From: Patescibacteria group bacterium
Lineage (GTDB): Bacteria; Patescibacteriota; JABMPQ01
Direction: 5' to 3'
Length of the DNA stretch: 64,000 nt
Assembly (NCBI GenBank): GCA_041749335.1
Contig: JBGTBM010000010.1
Location: 68,533 to 132,532 of the forward strand
The notes beneath the pieces are model-generated. The model saw only the letters and a program-made list of their open reading frames with translations. It was not told where the DNA came from and ran no database searches. Shown here one piece after another: positions 55,473 through 63,624 of this stretch. Both the position numbers and the translations under genes were made by a program. The number at the start of each line of letters is the position of its first letter. The stretch's first letter is position 1.

Positions 55473-56738
55473 TTATTCTATGGGTAGATCGGTTGGGGGC
55501 ATACTCTTTCTTGATTCAGCTCTAACCAAAGAAGGAGCTTTGACTGAAATATAAGGAAAATGATAAATAGTTGCCAGTTCTTCGACATTAAAAACAAATG
55601 ATTTAGAACCACCGGTATCTCTGGCTTTATATCTTCTTACAATATTGTTTTGTAATCTCGGTGCTAGCTGTTTTGCAAAATATGGCCTTAGTGTCCAATA
55701 CTTTTTATTAGGCACCAAGCTATTTAAATTTTGCGACCCAAACGCCTTAAAGGCTCCAAATAAAGGATTTATTCCCTTCTTACTTGAAAATGCGACCTTT
55801 TTACCAATATACATCACTCTTAATTTTACCTTAAAGCCAATTTTAGCAACATTGCCTTCGATTGCCTCTACAATTTCTCTTTGTCCCGGAGTTAAATATT
55901 GCATTTCATTTATCATGTCATCCCTTTTAGTGCTTTTTTGATCTGCCGCGCCTGCAGGTTCGATAAGTCCAACTACCATATGGATTCCTTGAATAAGCAT
56001 TGGAGTTTTAGTCTTTTCTTTTTTGCCAATCAACTTATTAACAATTTTTTCTCCGCCCTTTTTCCATTCATCGCCAACGGGCTCTAAAATCATTTGTACC
56101 CACATTTGCTCATCAACCGACATTGTGCTCATAACCTCTAACAAATTAGATAGCGGATCCATAAACTCTTTTTCAATATCGTCTGTAAAAAATTTATAAG
56201 TTTTTATCGGATATGGATCCGGCTTACTCAAAGTTAGCTCCGCTCCAAATACATCATATGTATCATTTGGATACTCTTTGGGAATAAATTGTGCGTAATC
56301 CTCTACTTCCATTATTTCCGCTTCTGGATATTGAGAGTAAATATTTGCCTCGACAAAATCCCTAAAATAATCCGGAGTTCTGATAATAAATCTGATATTG
56401 CCGCCGATACTTACTAATTCAAAAGTAAAAGTATCCTGTGTTTTACCTTTAAACCATTTATCAACGAAAGTTGGTCGGGATTTTATCGCATGCAATCCGG
56501 AAAATATTAATTCCATATATTTAGGGTTCTTTTCATTAGTGTCGGGTACTGTAACAGCCAAGAATATATGATTAATAGAGCTGGAATATTTTTCTCTCTT
56601 TTTTAACAACCAAAGGTAATAGATAACCGCGGCTAAAACAAAAAAAAGAATCCACCATGAATATCTAAAAACAATAGAAAAATAAGCCCAATATTCCTTT
56701 AAATATTCAAAAATTTCAAATTTTGGAAATTCAATCAT
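55473..56738 (-). CDS. Membrane-anchored protein of unknown function, translationally coupled to the TraD-like ATPase.
   Basis: 421 aa with two N-terminal TM helices. Its stop overlaps the ATPase start region. Confidence 0.55.
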   Translation of the reverse strand: MIEFPKFEIFEYLKEYWAYFSIVFRYSWWILFFVLAAVIYYLWLLKKREKYSSSINHIFLAVTVPDTNEKNPKYMELIFSGLHAIKSRPTFVDKWFKGKTQDTFTFELVSIGGNIRFIIRTPDYFRDFVEANIYSQYPEAEIMEVEDYAQFIPKEYPNDTYDVFGAELTLSKPDPYPIKTYKFFTDDIEKEFMDPLSNLLEVMSTMSVDEQMWVQMILEPVGDEWKKGGEKIVNKLIGKKEKTKTPMLIQGIHMVVGLIEPAGAADQKSTKRDDMINEMQYLTPGQREIVEAIEGNVAKIGFKVKLRVMYIGKKVAFSSKKGINPLFGAFKAFGSQNLNSLVPNKKYWTLRPYFAKQLAPRLQNNIVRRYKARDTGGSKSFVFNVEELATIYHFPYISVKAPSLVRAESRKSMPPTDLPIE

Positions 56739-56766
56739 AGCCTAATTTTCAATTTTGTTTTATATA

Positions 56767-57849
56767 TTATTTTTTTTCAACAGTATATTTTCTATCAGCG
56801 GTTTTGATAAACTTATCTTTATTTTGTAGAGCTAAAACAACAGTATTTCTTTTCACAATCCTCTGTTTCAATACAATATCAATCAACTCTTCTTTGGATA
56901 AAGGGCCGTCGGCTTTATTCAAAACATTCTCAATAACTTGGGCTACTGTTCCCGGATTATATCCCCACTCAACTAAAGCATACATACCCCTTCCAACTAA
57001 AACAAAACGCTTGTCTTTAATTAATTCATTATGAACAGTTTGAGAAATAGCTCTTTTGGCGCTAAAGTTCGCCTCGTTTATTTTTTTTGTTATTTCAGTA
57101 AAATGCAATGGCTTGCCATTTTTCTTAAGCACAAGATATGCTTTATCTTTCACACCCTTAGGAATAATTTCACTCCATGACGACAAACCCCATTCCCGAT
57201 ATGGATTACTAAGCACTCTTTTGCTTAAATTAAGATAAGACTTAACCGCTTTTTGATCTTCAACGCCAATCTCGCGAGAAACGGAACAATCTAATACGGA
57301 TTTTATCGCTTCTTCTTCAGTAAGTGGTTTTTTACTTTCAGTTAGCCTTTCCACTAAAGCATCAACAACCTTTTGAGGAATTTCAAGCTTAGCATTTTTT
57401 AATCCCCAAGCTTTTCTGGTATATTCTGTTTCATCAAAACATTCAAATTTATTACTTAAATTTAAAATAAATTCAACCACATTTTCATGAATTTGGTTAA
57501 CACCTGCCCGATCATTAAATTCCTTGATTAAGCTAACGTGCTCTACCATATTACCATTATCTTTAATAATTTCTTCTAATAATTCTTCGCATTCAAATAG
57601 TAAATTTATGTTGTCGCTTTTCTTTAAATCTTTAATAGTAGCCGACTCTATCTGTCTTACTCGTTCTCGCGTAATTCCATGGAATTTACCAATTTCTTCT
57701 AGTGTTTGCCGGTCTTTGTTATCTAAACCAAATCTCTTAACAATAATATCCTTAGTTCTTGGCTTTAGGCTTGAGATCAATGAAAATACCGCCTCGGTAG
57801 GATTTACTTGGCCATTGTTTATCTCGATTTTTTCTGTATTAATTTGCAT
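56767..57849 (-). CDS. Sigma-70 region-4-like HTH domain protein with a C-terminal HARE-HTH-like domain.
   Basis: The N-terminus DIIVKRFGL...TLEEIGKFHGITRERVRQIE matches a sigma-70 r4 helix-turn-helix. The C-terminus HFTEI...VHNELIKDKRFVLVGRGMYALVEWGY resembles HARE-HTH. Confidence 0.55.
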   Translation of the reverse strand: MQINTEKIEINNGQVNPTEAVFSLISSLKPRTKDIIVKRFGLDNKDRQTLEEIGKFHGITRERVRQIESATIKDLKKSDNINLLFECEELLEEIIKDNGNMVEHVSLIKEFNDRAGVNQIHENVVEFILNLSNKFECFDETEYTRKAWGLKNAKLEIPQKVVDALVERLTESKKPLTEEEAIKSVLDCSVSREIGVEDQKAVKSYLNLSKRVLSNPYREWGLSSWSEIIPKGVKDKAYLVLKKNGKPLHFTEITKKINEANFSAKRAISQTVHNELIKDKRFVLVGRGMYALVEWGYNPGTVAQVIENVLNKADGPLSKEELIDIVLKQRIVKRNTVVLALQNKDKFIKTADRKYTVEKK

Positions 57850-57976
57850 ATATTTTCCTTCTATTAACAGATAATTTTATTTGCTAAAGTAAATGTATCA
57901 TAAATATTATATATTGTCAATACCCATAATACTTTCTTTATAATAGCACTCATTTAATATATGTCAAGAGTCTAAC

Positions 57977-58267
57977 CTAAATATATGCCTTAATTCTGTC
58001 AGCTTCACTTGACACGATACGGCTTTCTTCGTCTTCATATGTTCGAATACCGATCTTGTGCATTGGGCGACGAGAGTCTAAATGTAAATCAAAAATTATT
58101 TGAGAGCCCATCCTTTTAGCCTTAATATGGAATCTAGGATAATAGCCTGTTCCCAATCTTCTAATATAGCTTGTCTCGCCGCTCCTAGGATCTCTCCATG
58201 GCATATATCCGCATTTACGCATTATATATTTTTCATTTTGGCGAGGATTTTCTACCGTTATTTCCAT
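57977..58267 (-). CDS. Hypothetical small basic protein.
   Basis: 96-aa ORF. Confidence 0.4.
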   Translation of the reverse strand: MEITVENPRQNEKYIMRKCGYMPWRDPRSGETSYIRRLGTGYYPRFHIKAKRMGSQIIFDLHLDSRRPMHKIGIRTYEDEESRIVSSEADRIKAYI

Positions 58268-58278
58268 AATATAATTTA

Positions 58279-58596
58279 TTAATTAATTTCTGACTTGATT
58301 TCTTCTTTAATGGCATTATCAATATTATCAGGCAAAAGATCTCCTTCCGGATTATGCTTAGTTGCCTCTTCATATACCTTTTCTTCAATATTTTCCTGTG
58401 CTGATTCCAAACCTTTTCTAATCAATTCTTTTTCCTTTTCTTTTATTTTATCGATATTTTCTTCCTTTTTTTCATTAAAATATTTCGATATATCGAAATT
58501 ATCAAAATATTTTTTTAAGGTAAATCCCGCGTAAGAAACGCCTGCAAGTAAAACACACATGATTGTAAAATATATGATAAATATTTTTTTCATCAA
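58279..58596 (-). CDS. Small membrane-anchored acidic protein (hypothetical).
   Basis: N-terminal TM helix plus an E/K-rich domain. Confidence 0.4.
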   Translation of the reverse strand: MMKKIFIIYFTIMCVLLAGVSYAGFTLKKYFDNFDISKYFNEKKEENIDKIKEKEKELIRKGLESAQENIEEKVYEEATKHNPEGDLLPDNIDNAIKEEIKSEIN

Positions 58597-59804
58597 TAAA
58601 TAATCTTATTTTCTTTTATTTTAACTTTTTTAATAGTATTTGTCAATTTTATTGATTTTTCACCTTTTACTCTAATATAGTTCCCGGCATATCCTAATAT
58701 TTTTCCTTTATTATTTTCATTCTCATACAGCACCTGATATATGCGCCCGATATTATTGTTCAAAAATTTTTTTCTATTGATATCGGCAATCTTTAATAAT
58801 ATTTTTGCTCTTTTGCGTTTTAAGGCCGGATTTATTTGTTTAGACATTTTTGCGGCCTTAGTCCCCTTTCTTTTTGAATATTGAAATAAATGTACTTTAA
58901 GGAAATTAATATTTTCAATAAATTTGCACGTTTGAATAAATTCGTTTTCACTCTCACCGGGAAATCCGACAATAATATCAGTGGTTATTCCAAAATTGGC
59001 ATCAAGTCTTTTTAATTTTTCAATTATTTGATAATACCCTCTTGTCGTATATCTTCTGCCCATTTTTTTAAGTATTGAATCGCTACCGCTCTGCAACGAA
59101 AGATGTAAGTGATTGCATAATCTCGGATTTTTAAAAATATTTAAAATTTTATCGTTAATATCTTCGGGATTTATTGAGCTTAATCTAATCCTGGGAATGT
59201 TCGTCTTAGCAAGTATAATTTTTATTAGATCGGCTAGGTTTTTGTCCTGATCACAATATTTACCGATATTTATTCCCGATAAAATAATTTCATTGCATCC
59301 GCTTAACTGTTTTCCATTTATTTCTTTAAGAATATTTTTAATCGAAATGCTTCGCGGCATCCCCCGTAAATAAGGTACGATACAATAAGTGCAAAAGTTA
59401 TCACAACCTTCCTGAATTTTAATATTTGCCCTCACGCGGCTTTTTATATCCGAGAGCTTACTAAAATCCTCCTTATTAGCTTTAATTTTATCTTTAAATT
59501 TATTTGTAATTATCTGGACAATATTATTTTTATTGGGTGCTAAAAAATCCACTTCGGGCAGCTTAATCTTGGAACATCCGCATACAACTAAATAAATCCG
59601 AGGGTTTATCCGTTTAACGCTACGAGCTGAATTGCGCGATCTTCTATCCGCCTTGTGGGTTACACTGCAAGTATTAATGATGCCGATTTCAGCTTCTTCA
59701 ATTTTATCTGTATAAATAAATCCGGAGGCAATCATGCCATTTTTTAGTTGATCGCTTTCCGCTTGATTAAGCCTACATCCTAATGTTAAAATTGTAAATT
59801 TCAT
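58593..59804 (-). CDS. MiaB-family radical-SAM methylthiotransferase (MtaB/RimO-like).
   Basis: N-terminal UPF0004 Cys triad (C..C..C), radical SAM CxxxCxxC (CDNFCTYC), and a C-terminal TRAM-like segment. Confidence 0.8.
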   Translation of the reverse strand: MKFTILTLGCRLNQAESDQLKNGMIASGFIYTDKIEEAEIGIINTCSVTHKADRRSRNSARSVKRINPRIYLVVCGCSKIKLPEVDFLAPNKNNIVQIITNKFKDKIKANKEDFSKLSDIKSRVRANIKIQEGCDNFCTYCIVPYLRGMPRSISIKNILKEINGKQLSGCNEIILSGINIGKYCDQDKNLADLIKIILAKTNIPRIRLSSINPEDINDKILNIFKNPRLCNHLHLSLQSGSDSILKKMGRRYTTRGYYQIIEKLKRLDANFGITTDIIVGFPGESENEFIQTCKFIENINFLKVHLFQYSKRKGTKAAKMSKQINPALKRKRAKILLKIADINRKKFLNNNIGRIYQVLYENENNKGKILGYAGNYIRVKGEKSIKLTNTIKKVKIKENKIIY

Positions 59805-59872
59805 AATTTTATTTATATCATTTTTAATAAAAAAGCCCTTACATTTAGGCTTTTTTATAAACTATAAATAAA

Positions 59873-60439
59873 CTATTTTTTCTTCTTTTTGGGAGTAATT
59901 TTTTTCTTACTAGATTTTTCTTTTGATGTTTTTTTATCCTTAAGTTTCTTAATTGGAGGTTTTTTAGCTAATTTAGATTTATCCACCGCTTCAACTTTTA
60001 CTTTAGGCGCCATGGTGAGTAATAATTTTAAAATTTGATCAAGCTTTTCGCTTAATTTATTTAATTGATTACTTGATTGAACCTCGCCGCCGCTTTTATT
60101 TTCCTTGCTGGATTGTTTACCAAAACAGTTATCACAATATACCGGCTTGCCGCTGGTGGGCTTAAAGGGAACTTCACATCTTTTACCACATTCATCACAT
60201 ACTGCTTCATACCTGGATTTTCTTTTGAAATTTCCTCTATCAAAATCTCCCCGGCTTGATTGTTTTCTGTCATCCTTGTGAAATTTAAAACATCGGTCGC
60301 AATATATTGGTTTATCGCCACTGGGTTTAAAAGGCACTTCACATCTTTTACCGCATTCAGCGCACACCGCTTGATGCATTTCTGATCGATTATCTCTTCT
60401 GTCACTGTTAAATTTTCTATCTCGATTAAATCTGCCCAT
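59873..60439 (-). CDS. Tandem zinc-ribbon protein with a Lys-rich C-terminal tail (hypothetical nucleic-acid or gyrase-binding protein).
   Basis: Two copies of CxxCGKRCEVPFKPxxxKPxYCDxCF, then a KKKK-rich tail. Confidence 0.6.
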   Translation of the reverse strand: MGRFNRDRKFNSDRRDNRSEMHQAVCAECGKRCEVPFKPSGDKPIYCDRCFKFHKDDRKQSSRGDFDRGNFKRKSRYEAVCDECGKRCEVPFKPTSGKPVYCDNCFGKQSSKENKSGGEVQSSNQLNKLSEKLDQILKLLLTMAPKVKVEAVDKSKLAKKPPIKKLKDKKTSKEKSSKKKITPKKKKK

Positions 60440-60621
60440 TTTTTTATTATTAATTATTTCAATAGATTTAAGTATAATCTAACACTTGATAAATAGCAAA
60501 CCACTCACCTAATTTGATTCTTAAAATTTTTATCTTATTTTTTTAAAAACCCCGCCTTTTACGAGGTTAATAATTATTTATGATGATTGCTAAATAACGT
60601 TGGAACTTGTTTTAAGTTTAT

Positions 60622-61158
60622 TTACTCTTTAAAATTATATTCTTCACTTACCTTCTTCCAAAAACCAACCGGCCCTACCCAAGAATTTATAAATGTTGTT
60701 AATATTGGATTAAATACTTTTTTACCACTTATCTCTTCTTTTTTAAATTTTAATTTTTCACATAAAATGGATAATATTCCCAAACTATCAAATGGGTTTG
60801 CTCCTGCTTTAATATCGTCATTAAATATTTTTTCATAAACTAAAATTTCTTTTACTAATAAATCTTTATCAAAGTCTAATATTTTCGAAAAAGTATCAAT
60901 ACTCATGTTTTTTAATTCATCTGCTAGCACTTCTTTAAATATATTTTTTAAAACTTGCAATTCTAAAAATAATCTAAAGATAGTAAAATTTATAATTTCT
61001 TCTTCATTAATTATTTCGGGCATACTTTCAGACAATATATTTTTAAATTTTTTACTCTTTAATATTGAAAACATTTTATTAAAAGACTCTTTACTTCCGT
61101 CAATAATAATTCTTGTTATAGAATCAACTGCATTAATTTTTGATATTCTTTTTTTCAT
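60622..61158 (-). CDS. Hypothetical protein (AT-rich island).
   Basis: 178-aa ORF at about 25 % GC. Confidence 0.5.
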   Translation of the reverse strand: MKKRISKINAVDSITRIIIDGSKESFNKMFSILKSKKFKNILSESMPEIINEEEIINFTIFRLFLELQVLKNIFKEVLADELKNMSIDTFSKILDFDKDLLVKEILVYEKIFNDDIKAGANPFDSLGILSILCEKLKFKKEEISGKKVFNPILTTFINSWVGPVGFWKKVSEEYNFKE

Positions 61159-61424
61159 TATATTTAAAATTATTTAGAATAAAATTTATTTAACATTTCT
61201 ATTATATCAAAAAAAGATTATTTTTGCTCTTTTTGTGTAAATATTAAAGAAGGTAGAGCCTATTTTTTATTTATAACTAACCCACCATACAACTCACTAT
61301 TTGTTTTTAAAACATAACCTGCAAACATATTTTCAAATAAAAAATGGGACGTACCCCATACCACTCCCTTCACTCTGGTACGGGGCGAGGTGTGAATTAT
61401 TATTGTTCAATTATTTTAATATCA

Positions 61425-61455
61425 TAAAACGGAGCTTTAATGCTCCGTTTTCTGT
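61425..61455 (+). terminator. Hairpin terminator candidate inside a 375-bp intergenic region.
   Basis: AACGGAGC-tttaat-GCTCCGTT followed by TTCT. The T-run is weak. Confidence 0.3.
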
Positions 61456-61533
61456 GGGGATTACTAGAGGAAGTTAGAACCTGTTTTGTGTAATTTTCTC
61501 AGCTACCCTACCACTCGACTCACTATTGTTTTT

Positions 61534-62028
61534 TCACATTCTATTATCCCACAATTTACCTTTTTTTCTTATAAATTCTCCATCTTTTCTAGTATAGAAT
61601 GACTCTTGAATAAATGATAAAAATTCATTGAGCTTAATTTCATTTGTCATATATCTTATATCTGGGTAAATGACAGTAAAATGAGGTTTATGCGGTTTAT
61701 CATTTTCTAATTTATCATAATAAAATCTGAATTTGTCCGGATCGCTTTCCTTATTATCATCGGTGCAAATTGTAATCAACTTATAATGACCCGAAATAAA
61801 CCTATAAGTATATGATTTAACTTGATTATCTTCAAACAGTTCCGCAATTGTTATATAACCTACTTTATCCTTTAGAATAATACCTTCATCTTCTGCTTTT
61901 ATATTAACGTGATAAGGGCAAAAAAATTTATTGTTCATCCGCTTTACCGGAATACTATTAATATTTTCTATAAATAAATGATTAAAATCACTTAAAATCC
62001 CTTTGATTTGAGCTTCTCTATTCGCCAT
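61534..62028 (-). CDS. Hypothetical protein (third gene of a 3-gene overlapping operon).
   Basis: 164-aa ORF. Its start overlaps the upstream gene by 11 nt. Confidence 0.5.
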   Translation of the reverse strand: MANREAQIKGILSDFNHLFIENINSIPVKRMNNKFFCPYHVNIKAEDEGIILKDKVGYITIAELFEDNQVKSYTYRFISGHYKLITICTDDNKESDPDKFRFYYDKLENDKPHKPHFTVIYPDIRYMTNEIKLNEFLSFIQESFYTRKDGEFIRKKGKLWDNRM

Positions 62029-62374
62029 ATTTATCTTTTCGAACTACATTTCTATACAAATTCATCCAAGTTATTATTTCAGGTGATGAAGAAACTTTTC
62101 CCTGCATCCATTTTTTATAATATGTATTAGATTGAGCTCCATATTTATCTTCAAAATCTTTTATTTTTTGAAATGCTAAATTATTTGAAATAATATCTTT
62201 ATAATAATAAAGAATATCATCAATTTTAGATTGATCTTCAAAATCAAAAGATGACCCATGATAATTATTTTTATTATCATTCTTATATAAGAATTCTTTT
62301 GGTTTTATATTAGAGAAGGAATTTTTATCATCTCCAAGGTTAAAATCATTAAGATATTGGGTTATTACTTCCAT
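62018..62374 (-). CDS. Hypothetical protein (second gene of the operon).
   Basis: 118-aa ORF. Confidence 0.5.
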   Translation of the reverse strand: MEVITQYLNDFNLGDDKNSFSNIKPKEFLYKNDNKNNYHGSSFDFEDQSKIDDILYYYKDIISNNLAFQKIKDFEDKYGAQSNTYYKKWMQGKVSSSPEIITWMNLYRNVVRKDKYGE

Positions 62375-62382
62375 AAAATATA

Positions 62383-63042
62383 TTAAATTAAATTATCTAA
62401 ATTATTCGCTAGGTTGTTATAAATTTCATCAAACTCTTTACGTAAATCTGCGATTTTTGGCAACTTTTTATTTGAAAAATGAGCATTCAAATCAACTGAG
62501 ATTGATTTTGTTGGTTCTAAGTTTTGATTGTTGCGAGGCTTTATTTTTAAATCATATCTTATATTATCCTCTTTATATATAATATCTATCCCTGCACTAA
62601 CAACATCCAATTCTTTAATTTTGTCTTTATTAATAAATTCTTTTGCAATAAACATACCACTATTTTTAGTTCCATTCTTTAGATCAAAAATCGAAAGAAT
62701 ATTAAAACCATAATCTTTAACATCATTTTCAGTAATTAAATTATTTATTTTATTTACTAAACTATAAAAATTACTTTTATCTCTTGACAAATAAGAAGAT
62801 ATACTATTATCAGCAATAATAATCCGATTTTGTTCCTTTATTATATTTATTGATACTTGATTATTTGGATCAAAAACTAATAGTAATTCTGGAAACTGAG
62901 TTACCACCGGTTTGCTATCACCATAAATCCCCTCTAAAATATCTTTGATACCATTTATATTTATATTATAAATATCAATATTTTGTTTGGGTATGATAAC
63001 CGCATTAATTTGTACAGTTTGTTGATTTTGAATTTTAGCCAT
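62383..63042 (-). CDS. Hypothetical protein (first gene of the operon).
   Basis: 219-aa ORF. Confidence 0.5.
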   Translation of the reverse strand: MAKIQNQQTVQINAVIIPKQNIDIYNININGIKDILEGIYGDSKPVVTQFPELLLVFDPNNQVSINIIKEQNRIIIADNSISSYLSRDKSNFYSLVNKINNLITENDVKDYGFNILSIFDLKNGTKNSGMFIAKEFINKDKIKELDVVSAGIDIIYKEDNIRYDLKIKPRNNQNLEPTKSISVDLNAHFSNKKLPKIADLRKEFDEIYNNLANNLDNLI

Positions 63043-63451
63043 ATTTATTAATTATTCATTTTATTAATTATACCAATATATAAATTATAAATATATATCA
63101 TTAAAACCTACTCTTTTATTACAAATTTGTAAATATTTTATTAAAAAACCGGATGCCTGATAGTCGTAAGGAGGTAACGACATCAGAACACCCAGTTTTT
63201 TTATTATAACAAATCGATAGTTAAAACAAATTCTTTACCTTTTTATTTAAGTCATGAAATTTATTGTTTAATATTGTTTAAAACACTTCATTGGTCTTGC
63301 TTAACAATACCTTTTCCGACAGCTTTAAATAATTCTACTAGCTTGCTACCTTTTTCTCTGGCTTCCTCTTGGGATATATCCTTGTTGAAATTCTTTTTGT
63401 AAAGCTTCCTAAATTCCTCTATTTGGTTTTCTGTAAGTAGTGTCATAAAAT

Positions 63452-63616
63452 CACTTTTTAATTTCACTCGTCTTTTTTTTTATTTCTATTGTCTATTTGC
63501 AATAGTAAATCAAAAAATCCTACCAAATTATCACGAGCTTCTCGAGCTTCATCTTCAGATAATTTCTTTCCGCTCAGTTCGCTATAAAATTCTATATCAA
63601 TATCATCATCTACCAT
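63452..63616 (-). CDS. Small ORF (54 aa) with an (S)EDEAREARDNLVGFFDLL motif, followed by an out-of-frame paralogous fragment.
   Basis: Manual translation MVDDDIDIEFYSELSGKKLSEDEAREARDNLVGFFDLLLQIDNRNKKKTSEIKK. A second copy of the motif (EEAREKGSKLVELF) follows in another frame with no start codon. Confidence 0.25.
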
Positions 63617-63624
63617 TATATATT

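Noticed and set aside
63288-63447. A second ~52-aa small ORF (MTLLTENQIEEFRK...) downstream of the 54-aa ORF
   Set aside because: On recounting the nucleotides the ATG is out of frame with the EEAREKG-containing segment. The in-frame product from that ATG terminates after 12 codons. The motif-bearing frame has a stop immediately upstream and no start, so it was treated as a frame-shifted fragment rather than a gene.
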